From Bacteroidaceae bacterium (GTDB taxonomy: Bacteria > Bacteroidota > Bacteroidia > Bacteroidales > Barnesiellaceae_A): a DNA stretch of 64,000 nucleotides. The stretch is taken from NCBI GenBank assembly GCA_017531985.1, contig JAFXJY010000019.1:1009-65008 (forward strand), given 5' to 3'. This document shows positions 19,211-28,041 of this stretch, one piece after another; position 1 is the first letter of the stretch; each line of letters opens with the position of its first letter. Under the pieces are notes generated by a model. It worked only from the letters and a program-made list of their open reading frames with translations. It did not search any database and had not been told where the DNA came from. A program made the position numbers and the translations under genes.

Positions 19211-19297
19211 GGAAAGATGCCGGAGTGGTCGATCGGGACGGTCTCGAAAACCGTTGTACGGGCAACTGTACCCAGGGTTCGAATCCCTGTCTTTCCG
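19211..19297 (+). tRNA. tRNA-Ser (anticodon CGA)
   Basis: GGAAAGA..ACGGT-CTCGAAA-ACCGT, a long variable arm TGTACGGGCAACTGTACC, CAGGG-TTCGAAT-CCCTG, TCTTTCC-G. Length is 87 nt. Confidence 0.9.
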
Positions 19298-19302
19298 CTG
19301 AT

Positions 19303-19342
19303 AAAAAAGGTGACTCTTCACAGGTAAGAGTCACCTTTTTTG
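19303..19342. terminator. bidirectional intrinsic terminator (tRNA-Ser / M48 peptidase gene)
   Basis: aaaa-AAGGTGACTCTT-cacaggt-AAGAGTCACCTT-tttt: a 12-bp perfect stem. Confidence 0.8.
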
Positions 19343-19364
19343 GCTATCATAGTATCGATACTTG

Positions 19365-20645
19365 TCAGCAAATAGATTCGATAGAGGGAACAAAGTTTTT
19401 CTGAATGGTCAATGCAATGGCATTGGCAACTTCCATTTCACTGAAACCGATATTGGCTCCAAAGTTGTAGAGGAAATCGAGTTCGTCTCTTGAAATCTTA
19501 TTATCGGACATGACAATACCTATCATATAGGTCAATATACCATCACGCATGCCGGGGTTGATATTGAGAATACTCTGAATGGCATTGTTGAAGATCTCTA
19601 TTACATCGCCTTGCACAATTTCATCGAGGAACTGACGTGGATAGACTTTCAGATTGGCAAGTGTTTCGAGTATGCGTTTCACTTCATCTTCCGACACTTG
19701 GTCATCGATGTTGGCAACTAATATACCCGCTGATGCAATAAACTTAGCCATGTGTTCATCAAGTTCGCCATCGCCCACTTTGAGTAGAATGGAGATAAGT
19801 TCGTCCATACCTTCTTGCAATTTTTCCTCGCTCGAGCATGTTGCATAAAGGTTGAGAGCTTGCACACGAATGGGGTTAACGGGATGCGAAGCATGGCTGA
19901 GACCTTTGTCGTTGAGGAAATATTCGAGTCGACGGCTGTTGTCGGCCAAGAGAGCATCAATGCTCACATTCATCTTGGCAAGGTCGAGTCCCGATGCCAT
20001 CTTAAAGAATGCCGTTACACATGCTTCGAGGTTCTCTACTGCTATGTATCCGTAGCGGTCGGCTACCAACTCGGCAAGTTGGTCATGGAGTCTTATCTTA
20101 TATTGCAGACTGATGGGTATGTTGGTCTCGGGAGGAAATACGAAGCGGATGAGTCGACCGAGAGCCGAGTCTTTATTGATGAGGTGTCCCAATTCATGAC
20201 CGATGACAAACTTCAACTCGTCACGCGACATGAGGTCGAAGAGAGCCGAGTTGATGTTGACTATGTGAGGCTGATCTTGATCCTCTGCGGCCAGTGAGAA
20301 GGCGTTGACTGATGAGTCACCGGTTATATAAAAGTCGACAGCTTCTTCAAAGTTTAATTTAGCCTTTACTTCCTGACATAGTTGATATACATCGGGGAGT
20401 AACTCTTGTTCGACTTTAAGGCTATGTCCCTCCATTGCACTACGCCAGTAGGCATCGTGACTCGAAATTTTAATTTTACGGAGTACTTCTTCAACAATTT
20501 CACCTTGCAGAGCATCGTATATCTGCTTGCCTATGTTGCGTTCGAGTTCAAGAGTAGGGTTGAAACTGTGAAGTTGGTGTTCCTCGATACATTCTTCTTT
20601 CGTCTTTGAGAACCAAGAAAATAGATTTAAATTATTCTTTTCCAT
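19365..20645 (-). CDS. M48 family metallopeptidase with C-terminal TerB-like repeats
   Basis: Zinc motif HELGH (FVIGHELGHLINKD). The C-terminal halves resemble TerB/DjlA-N type helical domains (..DDQVSEDEVKRILE.., ..DNKISRDELDFLYNFG..). The ATG at 20645 (MEKNNLNL) is preferred. Confidence 0.7.
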   Translation of the reverse strand: MEKNNLNLFSWFSKTKEECIEEHQLHSFNPTLELERNIGKQIYDALQGEIVEEVLRKIKISSHDAYWRSAMEGHSLKVEQELLPDVYQLCQEVKAKLNFEEAVDFYITGDSSVNAFSLAAEDQDQPHIVNINSALFDLMSRDELKFVIGHELGHLINKDSALGRLIRFVFPPETNIPISLQYKIRLHDQLAELVADRYGYIAVENLEACVTAFFKMASGLDLAKMNVSIDALLADNSRRLEYFLNDKGLSHASHPVNPIRVQALNLYATCSSEEKLQEGMDELISILLKVGDGELDEHMAKFIASAGILVANIDDQVSEDEVKRILETLANLKVYPRQFLDEIVQGDVIEIFNNAIQSILNINPGMRDGILTYMIGIVMSDNKISRDELDFLYNFGANIGFSEMEVANAIALTIQKNFVPSIESIC

Positions 20646-20783
20646 GATATCAGCTATTATATGATTATTCTGTGATGGTATTTTTCCTACGTTATACAAA
20701 TGTAGGAAAAATTATGGGAATGTCAATAGCTATTACCATTTTTTTTGAGAGACGAAAGGCAATGTAGTTGCCGAGGCTGTACT

Positions 20784-21746
20784 TTACAGCATGATTACCG
20801 CCAAAGAGAGTGTGGCTATCACAATCCACAACACAACTCCTTGTACCATTGTTTTGACTCCCACCGAACGAATGGCAGCGAGGGACAATCCGCTACCTAT
20901 GAGGAAGAGCGTCATGCAGAGTCCTTTCTTGGCAAACCATACGATGTATCGAGTGACGTCGGAGGGTATGGCAAGATAGGTATTAACTACCATTGCCAAG
21001 ACAAAGAGAAGGATGAACCAAGGGATGGATATGCGGCTTGTCTTTTCGCGAAAGATGAATGTTGTAACCAAGGCGAGGGGTATAATCCACAAAGCTCGTG
21101 TACACTTGATGAGTGTGGCTATTTGCAATGCTTTACCTTCCTGGCCGGGGAAATAGGTTGCGTCGTAGGCCTCACCGGCACCTACAACCGAGCTTGTATC
21201 GTGAATGGCTATGGCAGCCCACTCGCCAAACTGCTCTTGTGTCATACCTAACCAATGTCCTATGGGAGGGAAGATAAAGAGTGCAATTGCATTGAGAATA
21301 AAGACAGTACCAAGTGCTACCGACATACTATTATCGTCGGCTCGTACAATGGGAGCAACCGCAGCTATGGCACTACCGCCACAAATGGCTGTTCCGGATG
21401 ATATAAGATAGGAGGTTTTGCTGTCAACTCGTAACAGTCGACCTACAACATATCCAACAAGCATCACCGCAGTGACAGAGACGATGGTAAATAACATGCC
21501 CTCACGTCCCGAGGCCAAGGAGTCGTGCAGATTCATTCCGAAACCGAGACATACTACTGCTACCTGTAAGAGGTACTTGGATGTTTTCTTAGCCATCGAA
21601 GGCATAGGGTTGCCCAATACCAAGGCATAGACAAGCCCCATAAAGAGTGCTATGGCCGGCGTAACGAAAGGCATGAGGGTCAGATGCATACACACCAGAA
21701 ACAGGACACGATTGTATGGTGCTATAAATTGACGGAGCTGTTGCAT
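20784..21746 (-). CDS. YeiH/UPF0324 family putative sulfate-exporter-type membrane protein
   Basis: The 320-aa polytopic product carries ..SSGTAICGGSAIAAVAP.., characteristic of YeiH-like proteins as I recall. Confidence 0.7.
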   Translation of the reverse strand: MQQLRQFIAPYNRVLFLVCMHLTLMPFVTPAIALFMGLVYALVLGNPMPSMAKKTSKYLLQVAVVCLGFGMNLHDSLASGREGMLFTIVSVTAVMLVGYVVGRLLRVDSKTSYLISSGTAICGGSAIAAVAPIVRADDNSMSVALGTVFILNAIALFIFPPIGHWLGMTQEQFGEWAAIAIHDTSSVVGAGEAYDATYFPGQEGKALQIATLIKCTRALWIIPLALVTTFIFREKTSRISIPWFILLFVLAMVVNTYLAIPSDVTRYIVWFAKKGLCMTLFLIGSGLSLAAIRSVGVKTMVQGVVLWIVIATLSLAVIML

Positions 21747-21755
21747 AGCTGATGT

Positions 21756-23072
21756 TTATTTCTTGTTTATTTTACCTAATATATTCACTACATCAAGTTC
21801 AATGACGTCATCGTCGTCTTTATTCAATTCTTGAAGTTGCCGAGTGAGTAACTTAATCGTTTCAAGAGCTTCTCTCAGTTGTGCGTCTTTTCTTTGTGAT
21901 TCTTCTTTCTCGACTTTTAGGTCTTTTTCAAGTCTTTTTATCTTTAATGTAGTATCTCTTTCTCGGGCATTATCCAAGCATTTATCTTTGATCTTGTAAT
22001 TTTCAAATTCTTTTTCAAGACTGTTATATCGTTGCAATATCTCATGATACTCAGACCACAAGCAGTTGAGATGCCCCTTGACTTCGTCATGGAGTTCTTT
22101 ACCATCGGCATAGCGGTCGGATGGATTCTTGGCAAGGCACTTCATGATAAGGTCTTCGAGCCATTGGGGATAGTCGGGTTTATCCATTGTCTTACCGGGG
22201 TGAGCCTTCTCGTAAGCGTGCTTGCGTAGGGGGAATATTTCCTTAGGATTCTCGGTGCAATGTTTATTCATATAGGCACATCGGTCTTCGAAGTTAGATC
22301 TATCACCATCAAATATGAAGGGTAGTTGTCCTGCCAGATATTCATAAAGCATCACGCCCAATCCATATATGTCGACCGATGCTGTTATGGGTTTCCCTTT
22401 CCACTTTTCGGGGGCTTTGAAGAAGTCCACACCATTTTCAATGCGGCTGCTACGGTCGGCTTCATCGGCTGTAACAGCCAGTCCGAAGTCGAGCAGTATA
22501 TAGGTGCCATCTTCGCGTCGCATTACATTGCGGTCGTGCATGTCGTTGTGAACAATGCGATAGGTCTTGATAAGTCGTTGGCGGGTTTCATCATCGATAA
22601 GTACCTGACGAGCATCGTTGGGATCGTCTTTCAGCTTGTCTCTCTCTCGATCGTAACAATACTTGTATATGTCGACGTGGCATAATGCCAATGCACTGCT
22701 GATGTCGGAGAGCATTTTCAACACTTCATCAACGGGAACAAAGTTGTTGTTTTTTTCGAGATAGCCTATCAGGGAATCGCCCTTGATATAGTCCATCTCT
22801 ACCATGGCACGACTATCGATCAACATATGGCGGTATATACGCACAATGTTGGGATGTCCACTGCAACTGAGTCGGAATAGTTTCTTACATTCGCTCAGGA
22901 ATGTTCTATATTTATTATCGTTCTCCGACTCTATATCGCCTAAAATAACTTTTATAGCACGCACATGATTGTATTTTTTATTTCGCACCTTATGTACAGC
23001 AGCAAATCCCCCACTTGCTCTATTTAGGCATTCAAAGCCCTCCTTTTCTAAGATTTCATGTATTTCGGCCAT
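21756..23072 (-). CDS. atypical Ser/Thr protein kinase-like protein with C-terminal coiled coil
   Basis: Motifs in order: SGGFAAV (degenerate G-loop), AIK (VAIK Lys), HNDMHDRN (catalytic loop, HRDLKxxN variant), DFG, APE. The last ~100 aa are heptad-like and K/E-rich. Confidence 0.75.
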   Translation of the reverse strand: MAEIHEILEKEGFECLNRASGGFAAVHKVRNKKYNHVRAIKVILGDIESENDNKYRTFLSECKKLFRLSCSGHPNIVRIYRHMLIDSRAMVEMDYIKGDSLIGYLEKNNNFVPVDEVLKMLSDISSALALCHVDIYKYCYDRERDKLKDDPNDARQVLIDDETRQRLIKTYRIVHNDMHDRNVMRREDGTYILLDFGLAVTADEADRSSRIENGVDFFKAPEKWKGKPITASVDIYGLGVMLYEYLAGQLPFIFDGDRSNFEDRCAYMNKHCTENPKEIFPLRKHAYEKAHPGKTMDKPDYPQWLEDLIMKCLAKNPSDRYADGKELHDEVKGHLNCLWSEYHEILQRYNSLEKEFENYKIKDKCLDNARERDTTLKIKRLEKDLKVEKEESQRKDAQLREALETIKLLTRQLQELNKDDDDVIELDVVNILGKINKK

Positions 23073-23117
23073 GATGTATGTTATTTAGGTAGTTGTATGA
23101 TGAATGTAATACAGCAG

Positions 23118-23125
23118 CAAAGTTA
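23118..23125 (-). promoter_or_regulatory. Bacteroides-type -7 box for the kinase gene
   Basis: The minus strand reads TAACTTTG, about 46 nt upstream of the ATG at 23072. Confidence 0.4.
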
Positions 23126-23302
23126 TGAAAAAGCAGTGTCAAAACAAAACTTTTTTTTCCTTATATTGTATTATGATTCACAATTCTGTTTTTTTACAAA
23201 TTTGCTTCCCATCGGTAATAGGAAATAGGTAATATTTTTTTTATTTTTGCACCAAGATGATAATAGAACTATAAATTAAGAATGAATTAGAACTTTATAC
23301 TC

Positions 23303-24571
23303 ATGAAGAAATTTTTTTTATCAGCGTGGCTTGTAATAATATTAATGCTATATCCCACCCTACTGCGTGGCGAGGTTCATGCGAGCGATACATTGCGATT
23401 GTATAGCGATGAGGAGGTGACCGAATTATTGCGGAATATGCCCAACATTGAAGTGGGAAAGGGTGTTACATTCAAGAGCAAAGACAATCGTTACAAGATG
23501 ACCATGCGGTTGCGATTGCAGAGTATGGTGGGAATATCGCTTGATGATGCGATGGGTGTGAACGAGACTGAGGCATGCATCAAGCGTCTGCACATGCGTT
23601 TCGATGGTTATGTGTTCACTCCTAAGGTTGCCTACTCGATACAACTGGGGTACTCACCTTACGATACCAAGGGTATGCCTGATGGAGGAGGTCTTAATAT
23701 CATACGCGATGCGATGATATACTATGTACCATCACCGATGTGGAGCATAGGTTTGGGACAGACCAAGTTGCGTGGAGGTCGAGCCAATATCAACTCGTCG
23801 AGTGCTTTACAGTTTGTTGATCGCAGCATTGTCAACTCACAGTTTCACATCGATCGCGACTTTGGTCTCTTTGCCGAGTATCACAATCACATAGGCAAGC
23901 AATTCAACTATGCGATAAAGGGTTCAATTACAACGGGCGATGGACGAAACTATTACGTTTCGCAACAGAGTGGCTTGGCTTATACCATTCGTGGAGAACT
24001 CTACCCGTTGGGGCAATTTACTTCACGCGGAGAGGTAAGTGAGGGTGACTTTGTGAGGGAGTCTTCACCGCGATTGGCTATTGGAGGAGCATTCAGCTAC
24101 AACGATCGTGCATGTCGTGTACAAGGAACGAAGGGCAAAATATTGATTGATGACAACCGCCGTTCGCTGCAATCATGGTTTGCCGATGTAATATTTAAGT
24201 ATCAAGGATGGGCATTTTATACCGATGTGATGGGTCGCTTATGTAACGCACCCGATGTGTACAATAGCGATGGCAGTGTGGCACAACATGTGTACACCGG
24301 CTGGGGTATCAACGTTCAGGCAAGTTATCTGTTTACCAAGAACTGGGAGCTGGCTATTCGCCACTCATCGTTACTACCCGACAAAGGGACTGCTGCGTAC
24401 GAAGGTTACGACAGCGACAATCAGGCGACACTGGCAGTCACGAAGTATTTCATAGGTCATAATCTGAAAATTCATGCCGACTTTTCATATAATTATGCCA
24501 CAGGAGCAACGGTTGGCACATTACGCAACGATCGCTGGCAGGCACGCCTCTCGGTCGATGTGGGCATATAG
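23303..24571 (+). CDS. outer-membrane porin (phosphate-selective porin O/P-like beta-barrel)
   Basis: It has a signal peptide, an alternating beta-strand pattern and a C-terminal aromatic-rich end. It sits directly upstream of trkH. The family assignment is tentative. Confidence 0.5.
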   Translation: MKKFFLSAWLVIILMLYPTLLRGEVHASDTLRLYSDEEVTELLRNMPNIEVGKGVTFKSKDNRYKMTMRLRLQSMVGISLDDAMGVNETEACIKRLHMRFDGYVFTPKVAYSIQLGYSPYDTKGMPDGGGLNIIRDAMIYYVPSPMWSIGLGQTKLRGGRANINSSSALQFVDRSIVNSQFHIDRDFGLFAEYHNHIGKQFNYAIKGSITTGDGRNYYVSQQSGLAYTIRGELYPLGQFTSRGEVSEGDFVRESSPRLAIGGAFSYNDRACRVQGTKGKILIDDNRRSLQSWFADVIFKYQGWAFYTDVMGRLCNAPDVYNSDGSVAQHVYTGWGINVQASYLFTKNWELAIRHSSLLPDKGTAAYEGYDSDNQATLAVTKYFIGHNLKIHADFSYNYATGATVGTLRNDRWQARLSVDVGI

Positions 24572-24612
24572 TGAGATATTTTCGATGTTTTATTTGTTGT
24601 AATCAGACGATA

Positions 24613-26439
24613 ATGGAGATAAAAAAACATATAGTGGCACTCTTTCCTTTGACTTTGCAAAAACGCATTGATTTGTGGTGTCAAGGAGCTATGCTTGTAA
24701 TCTCTGTTGTCACAATAGCTGCTGTAATCGTTGACTATGGGTTTGTATTGGATGAGTTTGAAACCGATATAATACATCGCCTCTATAATGTCTCTTGGTG
24801 GTGTTTTTTCATCAATTACACCCTGCGATTGTTGTTCAGCATTACTCGCATTAAGCGTAAGGCTATTATAATGACCGGCATAACGGGTTTCATGTTATTA
24901 CTATCGGCATTGCCTAAGTTTATCCCCCTTGTAAAAGTGGCTTCGTGGTTACATCCGATGTGGTTACTGCTGGGACATAATTATTTCCTTATCGCGACAT
25001 TGATGTTATTGTCTATCTTGGAAACATCAAAGAGTATTACCACCTTCATAAATAGGAACTCTAATCCGGGTATGATTATGGCGATAGGGTTTGCAATCAT
25101 CATCTTGTTAGGAACTCTCCTATTATTGCTTCCTCGCTCCACGCATGAGCATATTCGACTGCCTATTATCGATGCCCTTTTTATCTCGACGAGTGCGGTG
25201 TGTGTTACCGGACTATCACCGTTAGATATTGCACAGACATTCAGCATCGAGGGGCAAATCGTAATATTGCTACTCATTCAGATAGGTGGATTGGGGGTAC
25301 TGACTTTTACAAGTTTTTTTGCTATCTTCTTTATGGGAGGAGGTGGATTATACAACCAGTTTATCCTACGCGACATGATAGGAGGTGAACGACTCGAATC
25401 GCTCATATCGGTATTATTATACATACTTACATTCACCTTTGTGATAGAGATAGCAGGTGCAATAGCTGTGTGGATAAGCATTCATGGTACAATGGGAATG
25501 AACATACAAGAAGAGATTTTTTTCTCGATATTCCACTCGGTCTCGGCCTTCTGCAATGCGGGATTTTCGACACTAACAGGGAACTTAGGTCATGAGAGAA
25601 TCATAGAAGGGCACAATTCGTTTTATTTAATCATATCGCTATTGGTAGTGCTGGGTAGCATAGGTTTTCCTTTGTTGGTCAACTTCAAGCACATTTTGTC
25701 CTACCATTGGGGAAGAATATTCAATAGGATATCGAAATATACCATCAAGCAAGAACGCTTTGTACATTTGTCCAATATCAACACCAAATTGGTATTGCAC
25801 ATTACCCTATTGCTCATTGTTGTGGGAAGTGTCTCCATAGGCTTGTTAGAGTGGAATAATGCATTTGCACACATGCCCATAGCCGATAAGATAACTCACT
25901 CGATATTCAATGCCGTAGTTCCCCGGACAGCAGGTTTTAATAGTGTCGATCTCACACACTTCTCGATACTGACACTTACTATTTACACACTACTAATGTG
26001 GATAGGCGGAGCTTCACAGTCGACTGCGGGTGGTATCAAGGTAAATACGTTGGCCGTAGCCATTGCCAATTTCATATCGGTTATCAAGGGGCATGATCGA
26101 GTGACCTTGTACAACCGAGAAATTTCGGTTGTATCCATACGTCGTGCATTGGCCACTATCTTTGGTTCAATATTTATCCTTGCTATATCATTTATTATTG
26201 CTATTATTCTCGAACCCAACCTGTCGAAACAAGGCTTATTGTTTGAAATAGTTTCAGCATATTCGACAGTGGGGTCGAGCCTCAACATAACGCCACAACT
26301 GGGTTACGAGAGCAAAATTCTTATTATTGCACTGATGTACATGGGACGTATAGGCTTGATAACCTTTATATCGGCCTTTACACACCACCCCCACATCCCT
26401 AAATATCGTTATCCTAAGGGCGATGTAATTATTAACTAA
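24613..26439 (+). CDS. trkH: TrkH/KtrB family potassium uptake protein with an N-terminal membrane extension
   Basis: It carries repeated pore-loop signatures (TSAVCVTGLS, CNAGFS, RTAGFNS, GGASQSTAGGIKV). The ATG at 24613 (MEIKKHIV) is preferred over the GTG at 24571. Confidence 0.85.
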   Translation: MEIKKHIVALFPLTLQKRIDLWCQGAMLVISVVTIAAVIVDYGFVLDEFETDIIHRLYNVSWWCFFINYTLRLLFSITRIKRKAIIMTGITGFMLLLSALPKFIPLVKVASWLHPMWLLLGHNYFLIATLMLLSILETSKSITTFINRNSNPGMIMAIGFAIIILLGTLLLLLPRSTHEHIRLPIIDALFISTSAVCVTGLSPLDIAQTFSIEGQIVILLLIQIGGLGVLTFTSFFAIFFMGGGGLYNQFILRDMIGGERLESLISVLLYILTFTFVIEIAGAIAVWISIHGTMGMNIQEEIFFSIFHSVSAFCNAGFSTLTGNLGHERIIEGHNSFYLIISLLVVLGSIGFPLLVNFKHILSYHWGRIFNRISKYTIKQERFVHLSNINTKLVLHITLLLIVVGSVSIGLLEWNNAFAHMPIADKITHSIFNAVVPRTAGFNSVDLTHFSILTLTIYTLLMWIGGASQSTAGGIKVNTLAVAIANFISVIKGHDRVTLYNREISVVSIRRALATIFGSIFILAISFIIAIILEPNLSKQGLLFEIVSAYSTVGSSLNITPQLGYESKILIIALMYMGRIGLITFISAFTHHPHIPKYRYPKGDVIIN

Positions 26440-26463
26440 TTAACTGATAAAACTTAAATAGAT

Positions 26464-26886
26464 ATGAGAGTTCTGATAATAGGATTAGGAAATTTTGGGA
26501 AAGTATTGGCAACAGAGCTTACCGATATGGGTCACGATGTGATAGGAATAGATCACAACGAACTTCGAGTGGAAGAACTCAAAGACCGCATATCACTCTC
26601 TTATATACTCGATGCGAGTGAGGTATTGTCATTAAAATCACTTCCGCTTGATGAAATTGACTGTGCCGTAGTGACCATAGGTCAAAGCATGGATTATTCA
26701 CTGCGAGCCGTATCGGCCTTGAAGCGACTGAATGTTAAGCGAATATATGCAAGAGCTATCGATGATACACATCGGTCGATATTGGGAGCAATGGGTATCA
26801 CCTACATTTTCATCCCTGAGGTATATGCAGCACGAGTGTATGCTCACAATCTCAATGACAACCGCCTGAGTGACTTATTAATGTAG
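26464..26886 (+). CDS. trkA: TrkA-N (RCK_N) domain protein, short form lacking RCK_C
   Basis: MRVLIIGLGNFGKVLATEL.. is a Rossmann GxGxxG. At 140 aa it ends where KtrA proteins normally continue into the C-terminal RCK_C domain. Confidence 0.75.
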   Translation: MRVLIIGLGNFGKVLATELTDMGHDVIGIDHNELRVEELKDRISLSYILDASEVLSLKSLPLDEIDCAVVTIGQSMDYSLRAVSALKRLNVKRIYARAIDDTHRSILGAMGITYIFIPEVYAARVYAHNLNDNRLSDLLM

Positions 26887-26994
26887 CAATATCACTCTTT
26901 CAGTACGGAGTAACGATGGTCACAGCACATCTTTTTTTTGACTATCGTTGTTGGATTTTTATGGGCTATTTACTATATTCGCAGAATATTTGTT

Positions 26995-27191
26995 TAAGAA
27001 TCAGTTTTGTATTTTATTAAACAAGTTAATTTGCTATTGCTAAGAATAGTTTCAGCTTCTTTGAGACTCTTTGAGGCATCTATTTATTATGGGAATTGGA
27101 AAATAGCTCGCTATTCACTGCATCCCCCAAAGAATATCTGCTCAAAAATAGTCCTCAAATAATCTCAAAAAAAAATTAAAACAGATTCTAA
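26995..27191 (+). repeat. TIR-bounded repeat element, copy 2 (with a ~58-nt internal insertion)
   Basis: TTAAGAATCAGTTTTGTATTTTA ... AAAAATTAAAACAGATTCTAA. It is colinear with 11619..11757 except for extra sequence at about 27088-27145. Confidence 0.6.
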
Positions 27192-27221
27192 GAAGTAAAA
27201 ACCTAATAAAAGATAGAAGAT

Positions 27222-28034
27222 ATGTTGAACAAAATTAACCAAACAGCGGCTTACTTGAAAGCCATGGTAAGCTACCGCCCCGAGACAGGTATTATATTGG
27301 GAACAGGCTTGGGTCACCTTGCCGACCACATTACCGATAAAGTGGAAATCCCTTACGAGACTATCCCCCACTTCCCTATTTCCACCGTAGAGGGTCACAG
27401 TGGTAAGCTCATCTTTGGCAAGTTGGGCGGAAAAGAAGTGTTGGCCATGCAAGGTCGTTTTCACTTCTACGAAGGCTATGACATGAAGCAGGTTACATTC
27501 CCTGTTCGCGTATTCAAGGCTATGGGTATCAAGACATTGTTTGTGTCGAATGCAGCCGGTGGCATGAATCCCGACTTCAAGGTGGGCGACATCATGATAA
27601 TCACCGACCACATCAATCTCTTCCCCGAGCATCCTTTGCGTGGTAAGAATCATGAAGAGTTGGGTACTCGCTTCCCCGATATGAGCGAGGCATACTCGCC
27701 CCGTCTTATAGCCAAGGCCAATGAGATAGCTGCCCGCAATGGCATCAAGGTGCAACATGGTGTGTATGTGGGTACACAAGGTCCCACCTTCGAGACACCT
27801 GCCGAGTATCGTTATTTCCATCGCATAGGAGGTGACGCAGTGGGTATGAGTACAGTACCCGAGGTTATCGTGGCACGCCATGCCGACATGGAGGTATTTG
27901 CCATTTCGGTGATTACCGACCTTGGTGTTGAAGGTATTGTGGAGAAATGCTCGCACGAGGATGTTCAGAAGGCTGCCAACGCTGCCCAACCACTGATGAC
28001 TCGCATCATGCAAGAACTTGTAACAGAGTGCTGA
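27222..28034 (+). CDS. purine nucleoside phosphorylase (PNP/MTAP family, inosine/guanosine type)
   Basis: GHSGKLIFGKLGG..QGRFHFYEGY..VSNAAGG..GPTFETPAE..GADAVGMSTVPE; 270 aa. Confidence 0.9.
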   Translation: MLNKINQTAAYLKAMVSYRPETGIILGTGLGHLADHITDKVEIPYETIPHFPISTVEGHSGKLIFGKLGGKEVLAMQGRFHFYEGYDMKQVTFPVRVFKAMGIKTLFVSNAAGGMNPDFKVGDIMIITDHINLFPEHPLRGKNHEELGTRFPDMSEAYSPRLIAKANEIAARNGIKVQHGVYVGTQGPTFETPAEYRYFHRIGGDAVGMSTVPEVIVARHADMEVFAISVITDLGVEGIVEKCSHEDVQKAANAAQPLMTRIMQELVTEC

Positions 28035-28041
28035 TAGAGAT

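Noticed and set aside
27165-28013. Long antisense ORFs opposite well-supported genes. Examples: 282 aa opposite PNP; 33802-34758 (318 aa) opposite DPP3; 35904-36848 (314 aa) opposite rlmI; 48228-49163 (311 aa) opposite EF-G2; 7296-8042 (248 aa) opposite iorA; 5580-6524 opposite the aminotransferase.
   Set aside because: In each case the opposite strand encodes a full-length protein with unmistakable family motifs. The antisense translations are low-complexity (V/G/H/T-rich), lack any motif I recognise, and are the usual shadow ORFs produced by codon bias.
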